A DNA stretch of 64,000 nucleotides. Origin: Utricularia gibba. Its lineage: Eukaryota; Plantae; Magnoliophyta. Both the position numbers and the translations under genes were made by a program. The DNA lies in NCBI GenBank assembly GCA_002189035.1, contig NEEC01000004.1, positions 1,426,001 through 1,490,000 on the forward strand. The letters are read 5' to 3'. The number at the start of each line of letters is the position of its first letter. Position 1 is the stretch's first letter. The notes under the pieces are model-generated. The model did not search any database. It saw only the letters and a list, made by a program, of their open reading frames with translations, and was not told the origin of the DNA. Below are positions 13,795 to 27,758 of this stretch, in pieces.

Positions 13795-14608
13795 CTAATC
13801 CTCAGCCATGCTCATAGATTCCAAGTCTTCAGCAGTCACTGGCTTATGAAGCTGTGGAAAACAAGTTCAATGAGGCAAAAGCTCACTGCTTGCGAATGAC
13901 AGCAGAAACTCTAATGCGATCATAAGCACCCCACCCAATTCGGATTTCGCAGTTATTCTCAAACAACCAAGTACTCCTCCAACAAACATGAATCGGATAA
14001 TTGGTTCAAGAAGCCCAAAGACGATGAAGCGAGTAACAGTAGGTGAAGCAAACTCACGGTTTCAGCCACCGGAAACCAATGGAAGGCGCGGAAGAATGCA
14101 TCATCTTTGGAGGGCACTGAATCATGATTCCAAACTCTGAAGTTTTTAAACGCAGCACTCGTGTCCCAGCAACAATCGGATTCATTCTCAGAAGAGCATT
14201 TCTTTCCCAGAACGAACCCTAACAAGAACACAGTGAACAACCGCAAGCACTTCGAAATAAGAAATGAGCGAAAACTGCGATGGTTACCGGAATAGCCATC
14301 TGGCACATCAATTACGGTTCCGTGAAGCTTCCTCCCTCTGAAGTGAGCTTCTTCCAAGCTCAATTCATCAACATGCAGGCCTGCGGAAATGAAATCCATT
14401 CACCGACAGCAGCAGCATTTCGTTTCAAATCGGATACGATACCTGTGCGCTTCGGCTTGAAGTAGTGAGAAACCGCGGTGGAGCCGTTGTACTTTATGCA
14501 GCACGGTAAATGATGCACATTCCCCGTCAATTCCACCGCCCTTCCGCAATCTCGACGTAGATCCACTGATATCGGCGGTGCCGGAACCGAGGCTGCTCCG
14601 CCGTCCAT
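13795..14608 (-). CDS. RNASEH2C: Ribonuclease H2 subunit C (4 exons)
   Basis: VHHLPCCIKYNGSTAVSHYFKP, EEAHFRGRKLHG, F(R)VWNHD..PSKDD.F.RAFHW.PVAETLHKPV. Exons 14608-14443, a second exon, a third exon and a last exon ending TAG at 13795. Confidence 0.92.
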
Positions 14609-15091
14609 GTTACCCGAGCCCAGAAACGTGCGAGCCCTAATCTCAGGCCATCTTGCTTTGAGGAAGTGGTTGCTTCTCAACATTGACGTTTAAAATTTCA
14701 AATTTAAATTAATACCTTCGCTCTTAATTTATTAAAATGTAATTTAATAATTTCCTTTTTATTTATAACATTATTTGAAAATCATAGATTCAACAGGAAA
14801 CTATTTCACATTTAATTTAAATTCATATATACGCTGAAAAATAGACTCCACTCATTTAAATAAATTTTTTATTTTTAAAATATTTTAAAATATAATTAAG
14901 AATTATGAAACTCGATTTAATTCATTATATAAAAAAATCAGGAAAAAAAAAAAAACACGAAAGCTGTCTGTTACCTTGTAATTTAGACGTCACCTCCGCT
15001 CAAGTCTTATCCTGGTTCCTGGTCAGTGCAATGATATCGGAAGAAGGCCTGCCTGAGTTGGCGTGGAAATAGTGCAGCAAGAGGCGCTTCA

Positions 15092-16728
15092 ATGGCGGCC
15101 GCGTCTCCTTCACTACTCTCCCATTGCTACCCTTCTCCCATTCCAAGACTTCATCCAGAGTGGTGCTGATTTATCTATCCCTCTTTTGCTCTACGCTTAT
15201 TGGGTTTTGTAGATAGATTTTTTCTCAATGTTTTCTCCCGTAGGAGCACATGTGACCTTGCGAAACTGCGAGTTCGTAGGAGAAAAAAGGTTCATTGCTC
15301 GCTCGATTCCTCGAGACCCAATTCCCAAAATGGGGTTTTCCGAAGGGATTTGATGTTCCTCGGGTTGTCTTCCTCGCTGCCCATTGTTTTCCCTACACCA
15401 GGTGACTCCCTCTGCGTTGCCAGTGTATGCGACATTTAGGGCTTCTTCAAAATCAACTTTCGGTATGATGAATTTTTGAGGCTGCAGCTTGGGGCGTGGA
15501 GGAGGTGCAAATGGCTTTGATGGTCGATGATGTAAATGCATATTCGTATTTGTATCCCAAGGAGCTGCCCTCCAAGAAGTTCGTTTTCAAATGGTGATGC
15601 CTAACTCCCTTGGTTATCTTATCTTGCACCATTCTGTTGCAGCAGCCTCACTCTTGTTGTTCACTCTTGTTGAAGGGTGGAATCCAGGCGGCCGGAGAGG
15701 TACTCGTCTGCAGCACCCCTCTCACGTAAGTCCCAATTCATTTCCCTTCAATAACAAGCAATGCAGTGCCTATCAGTAAGCTTGGTGACACATTCTCACT
15801 GACTCAGCAAATGCTCGTCTTCGCATCGTGTCGGAGAGGGTCGATTTCTTGGATAACCTTGTTATTTCAGTATCGGTAACATGGCCTTGCTCTGCACTAC
15901 AGCATCCATCCCATCAGTTTCTCTTGCTGTTTGTTCACTGTCACTTGCATCCAGATAGGTCCCCCTAATCCAGTGTTGCAATCAAAAGAAAAGAGTACAT
16001 GGACTGCCAAAGATGTTGCTGATTCTGTTCTGGCTGACAAATCTGCTCTGGTAATTTCAATGCTGTTCACTTGCTCATCTTCCTCCATGTCCGATGCTGT
16101 ACATGAGTTTTACTGCTTGAACAGAGGGTGTCCTCCACCCAACGCTTGGAAGAGAGCTCTGTTCTTGATACACACTCTTCGCTGGTAAGTCATGCTGCTG
16201 TTGTTGCATTGCTCGAATGCCATAGCAACTGAGCTTTGTTTCAGATTGAAGGAGAGCCGTACTGGTACTATGAGTATTTGGTTCGCAAATCACCTACAAA
16301 AACTGTGAGCTCTTTCTTCCCTGTACATACTCTGTACATCTGTAGAACATGTTATTCACTGCTGAGCATTGCAGGCTCAGGAATCAAATCTGTATCGCCA
16401 TTTTGTTGCCTCAACAGTGGAGCGAGATGGTATGGCTTCTCTAACCAAAGGCTCTCTCCGCTCCATCACATCCTAAGGGATTGGATTTCCGTCTCTTTTT
16501 ACAGGCTACCTGTACTCACTCACTGCTTCGACCTTGAGCAAACAATGGGGCGCAGTAGGCTGCTGTGCTTTCTCCTTTAACCGTTTAGTTTTCATTGCTT
16601 TAAGTTCAGCTGATAATTCTGTTCCTCAGGTTGGAGCCTTGTTGGAGAAAACCACAGATTCCTTTCGTCTTCTCCCCGCAACTGAAAACTATGTTCCTCC
16701 TTACAAAGATCCCTGGAGATTTTGGTGA
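15092..16728 (+). CDS. PPD5: PsbP domain-containing protein 5 (thylakoid lumen)
   Basis: Twin-Arg RRDLMFLG signal; MVDDVNAYSY, WVESRRPERYSSAAPLSP, EPYWYYEYLVRKSPT; C-terminus YVPPYKDPWRFW*. All introns are GT-AG and in frame. Confidence 0.95.
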
Positions 16729-17054
16729 CAAGTTCCTCGTCTTGGAAAACTGTATCAGATTTGAGATATTACAAGAACACAGAAGAAGAGTCAAGTAATG
16801 GCGGACTACTGCAACAATAGCTGGATGGCAAAGAAGCTACTCTCATGTTGCTGCTGTTGCATTCTAGTTCCCCCCGAGAAAAGATTGCATGTTGAAAATC
16901 CTCTATTATTGTTTACAATAAAACAAAACATTTCCAAAAATATTCCAAGGGAGCAACATTGTCTTTAAGAGAATGAGAGAGGCTAAAGATGAGGTGAACT
17001 TATAGCACAGAGCAGTCGCGTATGAGATATACCGAGGCGGGCAGGCAGGCTTCT

Positions 17055-18705
17055 CTATGCCACAAAGAAAAGGAATATCATGAGGAAGAAAACCAAAACA
17101 AAGAATATTTTGATCATCAGCCACCGGTTAGACGAGATGCTATTAAGGTACTTGAGGAGAGCTCCTTGAGCGCCTTCGACATTTGCAAGTGTGTCATCCA
17201 TGTGCTCATCGATCCTGTGAGACAAGCAAGAGAACGGCCACTGATTACACGTACATAAAACAGAACAATTTTGGATTGGAGATTGAAGGAATGAGCTGAA
17301 TTCCAGATACAAGTACATGATGTCTGGGAATCATGATTTCAACTTAATTAGGATGATGCAACTTGAGCACTTCAAACCTGATGGCAATCTCCCCTTGCTG
17401 AGAGACCAATGTAGCAAGCTGATTGAAGATAGTGCCAAGCTCATGAATCGTGGACTCCACGTTCTGAAGAGCTTCTGCTCTGCTCTGCATGTAGCTGTCC
17501 TGAAGTGGAACCAATTGCTGCTGTTGCTGCTGGTTTTTTCGCGGCTGCAATAGTCCTTGCGACTCACCGTTCACCTGGTTCCTGCAACCAGGTTCAACAG
17601 CAATAGATGTTAAATATTATCAGCCACACAGGAAAGTGTTCCGATAGCCAGTATCTGATGTTCTACACAGATCAGTCTGTCTATGCACCCGGAATTGCTA
17701 ATTTTGGGTGCATGATCTCCTTGCAAACTACAGTTATCTTAACCAAAAGTAATGGTTAATTTAGACTAATTTACAAATGATTTGGGCTGTTGGATTTAAA
17801 AGAGCGAAATATAATTTGGGATTACCATGGAAATGACTGGTCTGAGGATTGTGTTTCATTAGCCCATGGCAACAGGGGTGTATTGGGTTTAGTTGCAGCA
17901 GACTTAGCGGCCAAAGGATTCTCGCGTGTAAAAGGGACAGAAGAACTCTTAGAAGCAGATGAGGAAAACAATTGCCGTCGTTGTTCATGAACCTTGAGGT
18001 TCTGTTGAAGAAAGCATCAAAAAGGGTCAGTGAAATTAACGCGGATAGATCACACAATAAAACAGAAATTTTGACAGGTTCACCTCCGTTCGCATGGTCA
18101 AAACTTCCTTGAACTCTTTAGTGGCGCTCATTAACCGGTTCTTCAAATCATCAACAACTGTTGTAGAATGGGTGGATGTATCACGGGATACATTATTGCT
18201 TCCATTGCATAGAAATTGAAGATCCACTACTGCAGCATTAAGAGCTGTTATATCTTGCTTGATAACTGCTGTAAGCTCCTGAATTTCCATTGCGGGGTCA
18301 TCAAAAACAGATGTCTTCTTTGCCACTGTAACAAAACCATCAACAACAACTAAGTCCTATTTTCCACACTGTCATACACAAGGCATCAATAACAGGAAAA
18401 ATAAGTCTGTATAAGCTGATGATCTGCAATAATCTTGCTCCCCGAAACACATTGATCCCAAAATTCTTACGTTTTGCTAGCTTGGCAAGCTTCTGTGACG
18501 TCTGATGAATCCCAAGGCCAATTTTCGACGCCCTCCTGTTGAATTCCGATTGCATCGCCACAGCTGACTGCGGCCGATCTTCCTTCTTGGCTCCGTTGGC
18601 GATATGCCCATTCTGCGAAGAAATCGACTTCCTCACACTCTGCCCGATCCCAACAAATTCCTGCGTTCTATCTCGAACCGAGGCACTACCACCCCTCAAC
18701 GACAT
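17055..18705 (-). CDS. SYP32: Qa-SNARE syntaxin SYP3/Sed5 type
   Basis: RDRTQEF N-peptide, SEFNRRASKIG, KKTSVFDDPAMEIQELT, SNARE motif QNVESTIHELGTIFNQLATLVSQQGEIAIRID and a C-terminal TM segment WLMIKIFFVLVFFLMIFLFFVA*. Confidence 0.95.
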
Positions 18706-19438
18706 CTACGAAAATTGTCTATTCTCTCGATCACAGCAACCACTCAAACGCCGATTGTGGTTAAATCCGAATCCGGCAAATGAAATCGATATCGGAGAAT
18801 CACCGGAACTTGCAGAAGACAAACCCTAGATCCAACACGGTTTGTGGAAAACGGAAGTAAACTCTCTATTTTCACAACTTCCTTCCTGAACACGTTTACT
18901 TCCAATTTCTTTTTTATTTTTTAATCGTGATCATAATTCACTGTTTCCCCGAACCAGGATCGGTGTTTAATTGTTAATAATTTATACTTAATTCAATTAA
19001 AAACACTTTATGCAAATAATAAATTTTCTTTTACCTATATTATTCATAAATCCACATCATCAAGATAAAACCATTTAATTGTAATCTGCCCTGCATTGGC
19101 CGCTGGCCAAATAAGTCAATGTTACCAACATATTACGCATACATTAGTACAAAAAAACCATGATTCAAACACAATTCGATGAAATGTAACTCAACTATTA
19201 TCGTCAATGATTCATAATCCAAAATAATTTAATAAGGTTTTTTAAACACAGATTAACAGCATTAAGCATTAATCTGAGTCAAGTGCGGAGACTGAAGTGG
19301 ATGAATGGAATTCATACGCATAAACAAGCATAAGGATACCCCAGCAACTAGAGGGGGAGCAGTGTCACAAAACTCTCAGCATACAGAACAAGGGTCTGCC
19401 TTCTAACAGTGTCACAAGACTTCTAGTCAAGGAAAAAC

Positions 19439-20490
<1,052 letters not shown>

Positions 20491-20555
20491 CGGGATACGC
20501 TGCAGAGGAATGAAGCAGCAGCCGCTGAACTAAAATCGAGTTGACCAACGGATCT

Positions 20556-20597
20556 TATATATATCGTTGGGCTAGGGCTTCCAGCAAAGTAAGCCCA
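20556..20597 (-). promoter_or_regulatory. RPL11 core promoter: TATA-like tract and two site II (TGGGCY) elements
   Basis: TATATATA at about 20556-20563, TGGGCT at 20568-20573 and AGCCCA at 20592-20597. Site II elements are typical of plant ribosomal protein promoters. Confidence 0.6.
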
Positions 20598-21633
20598 ATA
20601 TCGAGCATCCAATTATTTATCTTGTTTTATTAATGTAATTGAAATATGAATTTACATATAAAAAGATAATTATAATTTATAATTTAATTAAAATATAGTA
20701 ACAAGTTTACCGATAATTAAAATGTTTGCCCTCCACGAATTAAATATTTATTATTTTAAAAAATAAAAATACCGTACAAATGTTAGCTCTAGTCATGTGC
20801 ATTTTACACCATTATTTAAATTTTATAAGATCGGCCACGTGGCCTATACAATGTGCATTAAGGGTACCCTTTATTTGACTATAATGAGTGTTACATAGTT
20901 GTCCTATTAACTGTATTGAGTGTGACCGACTGGTGAGGAGAATTGTGATAATATACACATTCGATACCCACGTAAAATGAGATATGTTTAAATAGATGAA
21001 TCATCTTAATTTTGTATAAAAAAAATTTTTAAGAAAAAAAACTTAAAAGCACAAGAATTAGATGATATAATAGGATAATATCGTGGAAGTTACCATTCGG
21101 ATTTAAAAGTATGTCCAAGTAAAAATATCAACATTATCCATGTTTGATTTATAACCCAAATATCAATTTAACAATAAACCAAATATATGTATTTTTTCGA
21201 AATTCAATCATACCACCTTTCCTACTATGTTTTGTTTATATTGTTATTTGATTAATAATTATTTATTACTTTTATATAATATTATTAAAATAATATAATA
21301 GATAGTTTGAATAAAACTTTTTGTAATAAAAAATTAGTACTATATTTTCATGAGAATGAATGAAGACATAAATAAAAAAATATACATTTTTGTATAATTA
21401 TTTTAAAATGTATATTATTAAACATAAAATAATACTTCATATTTTAAGACAGATTATAGAAGATGTGTGGAATGTCATTTTATTAAAGATGGTGTGCACA
21501 GCCGGAGGCTGCTACATGATGAATATGAGAGTAAAAGAAATAAAACATTCCAAATGCAGTTCCCATCGCCAAGCTATGTGGAGCATCAGATGATGGGCAG
21601 CCATTTTTATTGTTCTTCCATAGCCATACCTTC

Positions 21634-22522
21634 CTAGTTCCTCGATCCCTCTTGAGCTTCTGCAGGATGTTCGGGGTGCTTAATCTCAGGCAGGTGAGGG
21701 AAGTGAATCTTGGGATGCTCGGGAAGATGCGGGATGTGGATCTTGGGGTGTTTAGGAAGCTCAGGGACGTCGATCTTAGGTTTGGGAATATGGGGTACAT
21801 GGATTTTGGGCTTGGGAAGATGTGGGAAGTGAATCTCAGGCTTGGGGTGCTCGGGAATGTCGATCTTAGGTTTGGGAAGATGAGGGATGTGGATGTCGGG
21901 CTTGGGAATATGTGGGAGGTGGATCTCAGGCTTGGGATGCTCGGGAATGTCGATCTTAGGTTTGGGAAGATGAGGGAGGTGGATCTTGGGCTTGGGAATA
22001 TGTGGGAGGTGGATCTCCGGCTTGGGGTGCTCGGGAATGTCGATCTTAGGTTTGGGGAGATGAGGGATGTGGATATCGGGCTTGGGAATGTGAGGAATGT
22101 CGAGCTTGGGTTTGGGAATGTGAGGAATATCGAGCTTCGGTTTGGGAATGTGAGGAATGTCGAACTTGGGTTTGGGAATCTGAGGAATATCGAACTTGGG
22201 TTTGGGAAAATGAGGAATACCGAACTCAGGCTTCGGAATGCCAGGAAACGAGGCGCCATTCTTGAACGGAGCTCCCTCAAACGGCGGCTTAAACAGCGGA
22301 GCACCATATGCAACTGCTCCTCCGGGAAACCCTTCACCCACATCAGCTGCAAAACCAGAAAGACAAACACATAATCACCAAACAAGAACCAAAACAGACA
22401 ACGAAAACCAAGGGCTACTCACATCCAAAGCCGGCACCAAAACCCGGCGCCACATCTCGAGCTCGGGAGCAGGAGACGAGGAGGATGAGAGAAGCCAAGA
22501 AGATGAACTTGGAAGCAGCCAT
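21634..22522 (-). CDS. Secreted Pro/His/Lys-rich repeat protein, PELPK-like (270 aa, 2 exons)
   Basis: Exon 1 (22522-22423) encodes signal peptide MAASKFIFLASLILLVSCSRA. Exon 2 (22346-21634) is in frame (813 nt total). Decapeptide repeats such as IPHIPKPKLD and IPEHPKPEIH; one VPELPK. Confidence 0.85.
21665..22240 (-). repeat. Coding minisatellite, ~30-nt unit with ~90-nt higher-order unit
   Basis: Repeated TCGATCTTAGGTTTGGGAA / GGGATGTGGAT blocks on the + strand; peptide IH(I/L)PHLPKPKIDIPEHPKPE recurs three times. Confidence 0.9.
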
Positions 22523-25500
22523 TGCTGTGTTCCTGATGAAGGGTGCCTTTGGAAGCCAGCATGGGGTCACTATTTATACAGGAGAAGGAAGAAGCAGTTG
22601 AGTAGTGGGACGTCTGTTGAGGGGGGGAATTTCTTAAAGCAGCTACTCAGCACGGAGACTGTGTAATAATGCATTATTGCGCCACCTACGAGAGGCAGCC
22701 GTGTAGATCAATAATCACCCCACTAATGACGCCTATTTAGATAACTAATACATAGCGCAGCATATTAAAACGTGGCCAACATTCGTAGGGCCCTTCCTCC
22801 GTTTTAACCACTAATGGAAAAAAAGTTTTAACTTTTTTTTCCCATGAATTCTCACCCCATGATTACTATTAATGACACTTGGTGGGGACAGTAGATTTTA
22901 TTCCCCACAGTCATCAAAACCAATAAGCCCATGATTGGGTAAAGAATCTAATAGTTATTAGTATGATAGTAAAGTATTAATATGCTTAATTTATTGTATA
23001 TATTCAATTATATATAACGTTTGATATATGAAAATATAAATTTAAATATATGAATAGTATACATACAATTTGCCATCAATTTCATTTATATATATTATTT
23101 GTATATTTAAAAAATAAGTGTGCAATTGATATAATCATATAAGATTGGTATATATATACTAATTAATTAAATAATAATATATATGTAAATTTAGTTTTAA
23201 ACATTTTATACTCTATTATCAAACAATCCTTAAAGATTATATTTTTATGTGTTTGGCACAAATATTTATTAAATTCATAAAAAAAACAAAAACTTGAAAT
23301 TTACTGGAAAAAATAAAATTTTAAGTAGAAAATAGATAAAAATATTTAGTTTCAACTAAATCCGTACATAATTCTTAATAAACTAAACTATTTCATTTCC
23401 TTTCCTTTTACCAAATATCGTCTAACATGATCTATATTTTCGGAGAATGTTGACCATTTTTGTAGTTAAAAAGATGTGATTTTATCATATTTAGACATTA
23501 TATTAACGTTATATTAATAATTACTAATAAAATAACAAATATATACAAATTTGAAATAAGATAATCTAAAAAAAGTCTACTAGATTCAGTTTATACACAA
23601 TATGCTCCCATAATCTGAGTTAAATCTAAAATTCGGATGAAATATTTTTTTCTTCTTGTGATCGGTAAAACCCAAATTTTTCTGGAATTAGGGTTTCTAT
23701 AAATTTGTGATAATACAAATGAATGATTTATACTTGGAAAAGAATAAAAACTTGAGAAAATTTATATTTTTTAACTATAAATTTCCATCTTTGACTTTAT
23801 AAGAAATTATTTAAAAAATTGATTTTGAAGAAATGGAATCTAGAGTTATGTCTCACCTAGGAGTTGTCCTTGTCTCAATTGTTTGCCATTTTCTTTCTAT
23901 TTTGATTGATAGCATTAGGTAGGTTTCATAATAGACATAATAAATTATATTATATTTATGGATTTCAATAAACAATTGAGAGTATTTAAATGCATACTTC
24001 CCTTTCCTTAACCATATTAATCAAACGTTATATAATAAAGTAATTATTTTAGATTAGTTTTTTTTAACTCAAATAATAAATTAAACTTGTTTTACTCATG
24101 TTCCATCAATTAAACACACCCTTAAAGACTTGTTTGATAAGATATGAAAAACATTTTATATTAAATAATGCATGTTCATCGCATATTTTGTGAGAATTGA
24201 TATTTAATATAATAAATTAGATATTTGGATTTTTTTAATTATCTAATACATAAATCATTTTGGAATATACACTCATATTCTAAGTGAGTTTAATTAATAT
24301 CACATTTACTACACTTACCGTTGTAAAAAGTTTTCTCTCAAAATTTCATTTTTTATTCCCTTTTTTAATCAATTGATTTATTTCATATTTTCAATTTTTC
24401 ATGTCTTACAATTCTTAAATTATAATAATAAAAATTATCTTTAAAATTTTTTTAAATATGAACAATCTTCAATTTTTGTTAAAAAAATTATTTAACTATA
24501 ATCATTTTGATAATCAGTTATAAAAGTCTTTGTTTTTATTAACTAAATTTTTATAAAAATAAATTTTTATTTTTCTTAACCACTGATTTTTATGCAAATT
24601 AATTTTACTCGAATATAATAATTAATTCATTAAAATATTTTACCAAAGGTTTCGCACTTGGGTCGGGACTGTATCTGGGCCTCTAATGTGATATATTTGA
24701 CAATTGGGCTTTTAAGAAAATGGGCCGGAGATGAGAATGTGGCATGATGACGTATTTTATATTACTTATTTTATTAATTGTAAAATCCGCCAACTGTCAC
24801 ACCATCAGTTGTCTTCAGTCCTCTGCTTTAGAAATATACACCAATTTTTTTAATAATAATTAAAGTAACTAAATATTAAAAAAATATCCAAATTCATGAG
24901 CAAATGGGGAACTGGTGCCCATCAAACCCATTTCAAAATTCTCAAATTTGAATTATTAAAATATTATTGTAAAGCGAACACGAAAAATAATAAAAGATCA
25001 AAACATCATACATGTAAAACGATGTATTAAATAATTTCTCGATCACTAAGATTCAAGAGGTTATTCGAGAATTGTTGTATTGGTCTCAGAAATCAATTGA
25101 ATATGCACGTAAACTCTAAACTCTAATGACTTGATACAAAACGAAGTAAAACATGGATTTAGATCACACATGCGATAGGATTTCCTTTTTGGATCTAATA
25201 AATTAGAACCTTATATATGCACGATACCCAATTCAATCTCAGGCCTATCAAAGTTAATATATTGACTTTCCATATAAACTAATTGAAAATCAAATTATTT
25301 TAATGAGTAATGTGGGATAACTACCCGCCTCTCCAATAACTTTATTCCAACAAATATAATATGAATTAAAATTGCAAATCATTCCCAAAGCCGGGTTTGT
25401 TCATGGGGGAATGGGGAAGTAGAAGGTGATGCGTGGTTTTACATGAAGGCATCATCATTAGGATGGTGGGTGAATAATTGAGGAATGATACATGATGATT

Positions 25501-26294
25501 AACTCACAGATGTCAAAGAGATAAAGGACAGGGCAAAGTTAGCAAAGAAAGAAGGGCGAAAAATGGAAGCTTTTAATGGGTTTTCACCTCCCCAGCTGTT
25601 TCGCCTTCACATATCGATGTCTATGAGTACTTCCTATCGCCAGGTCCACGGGAGCTAGTTCTCTCCGATAGCGCTAGTCAACGAACAAGGGAAAACATGT
25701 TTGCGACATTAGCATGTCCCCAGCCATAAATGGTGACCGGGGTTCTAAATTTTGTGTTTTGAATCTCGATGGAAAGCGATTCTTTGTAATATTGAAGACC
25801 CAGTTCAACAGATGAACCAAGGTAGTGTTTTTCATGCGGGTTTTTTGTTTTTCAGCCTGCTGCGGTGTTTCTGCTTCAAAATATGGTTCTTTTACGGGGT
25901 TTACCTGGTAACTTTTCGCGAATTAACTCGATTTTTGGTGAAAAGAATGAATTTTTTCTGCTCGAGAATGTCCCCAAGTTTCTTCTCTTTTCATTTCTCC
26001 TTGCGTAGAAAAGAATTAGAACAGAGTTCGCGGTTCAGTTTACTTGTGTTCCATTCATAGATATTGTGACAAGGGAAAAAAGGAATTGCCTGCCTTGTTG
26101 CCTTTTTGCTGAATTGATAAATGTGTAGTATTCCATTCTCTTCTGTTCTGGTTCTGAGTACTTGTTTCATTCCCGTGAGATTGATTTCATGATAAAGTCT
26201 TTTCGTTTAGCTGAAGTTGATGGTGTGTTGCTGATCTCTGATTCATGGCTATTGATATAACTCTTGACGGAGCAGCATACCTCAAAAAACTGTG

Positions 26295-27758
26295 ATGGCG
26301 TCGATCCGAAGAACACTGTCGCCTGTTCCGCGGCCTGGTTCTTTGCTAAATAGTGAAGCAGTCCAAGTTTCATCTCCCTTATCTAGGTCCTCTTTGAATA
26401 CTCCGAGCTATGCATCACATGGCAATCTACTCTCTTCTTCACTGGCTCCATTGGATTATGCACTGTACAAGGCTCAGAGCTTCTTTCTTGGCCTCCTCTT
26501 GCAACATCCACCGAGGCCCTTTGATAGATCCAAGTTGAAGGGACAGTTTCTGATTCGAGGCTTTTTCCACTTCTTGATGTGCTTCTTTGTAGGCATCTTC
26601 ATCGGCCTCACACCATTTGTTCCTCTAAATTCGTCTGATCATGTGGGGCTGAAGCACCGTGCCTTCAACATTGACATCCTTCCTCCACCTGAAGTGCTAT
26701 CCAAACGGAATGATGAAGCCTCTGGTGTTAGTAGATCTTCTGCAAAAGAAAGCTCTACCTTAGATTCAAAAGCTGAAGTGCAAAATGGGAGGTTAAACTA
26801 TTCGTATTTGAGGCATTCATTCCTGCCATTTTCTGATGAGGTTGTGCATGATCTTCTCATCATTGTGACACCAACTCAACCGGGATCTCATCAGAGTTAC
26901 CATCTGAACCATTTGGCGCACACCCTGAGACTCACACCACCTCCCCTTCTGTGGATCGTTGTGGAAATGGACTCTCAAACTCAAGCCACAGCTGAGTTGC
27001 TGAGAAACAGTGGTGTCATGTATAGACATCTCTCTTGCAACAACAAGAACCTGACTGAATCCACAAATATCGATGCTCTTCTGCGAAATATCGCACTCCT
27101 GCACATCGAGACGCATAGTCTCGATGGAATAGTTCACTTTGCAGATGCCAGCAACACCTACTCCGCTGAGCTCTTTCAGCAAATGAGGAAGATCAGGTGC
27201 GATGTGTACTGTTACTTGAACCAGCTTTAAGTTAGTTTCATTCCTGTTGAATCTGTAGCTTTCAAGTTCCCATGCCATTAAAGTTTTAAACGACTGGCTC
27301 TCCCTAACACACACCACATACAAGCAGAAGGCTTGGTGTATGGCTAGTGGCCACATTGATAGAATGTGGAGAGACAGTGTCTGTGGAGGGTCCGGTTTGC
27401 AACGGCTCCCAGGTCATCGGATGGCACATAGACAACACCACGGATGCATCTCGAAGGTTCCATGCCGATATATCAGGTTTTGCATTCAACAGCACCATCC
27501 TCTGGGACACCAAACGATGGCAGAGACCTACTACTGCACCCGTAAGGCAGCCAGTGGAAGTTAATGAGGATTCCCAAGTGAGTTTTCCACATAATTGAAG
27601 TTCCACTACTCCCAACATGACACGAGACAGTATGGTTTGTGTTGCAGGCTAGCAGGTTTGTAGAGCAGATTGTGGAGGATGAAAGCCAGATGGAATGCTT
27701 GGCAGGCAATTCTTCAGGGATCATGATTTGGAAACGCATTCCCCTTGTAGTGGGATGA
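26295..27758 (+). CDS. IRX9L: GT43 beta-1,4-xylosyltransferase, IRX9-LIKE type (3 coding exons)
   Basis: MASIRRTLSP N-terminus, TM segment, LLIIVTPT, LAHTLRLTPPPLLWIVVE, EGPVCNGSQVIGWH, RRFHADISGFAFNSTILWD, FVEQIVEDESQME. Confidence 0.9.

Noticed and set aside
21610-22374. 254-aa plus-strand ORF resembling a leucine-rich repeat protein
   Set aside because: It is the antisense shadow of the Pro/His repeat gene; it starts at TTG and has no signal peptide, caps or promoter evidence.
24650-24730. Cluster of three TGGGCY site II motifs as an orphan promoter
   Set aside because: No adjacent ORF or TSS evidence; short motifs alone are insufficient.
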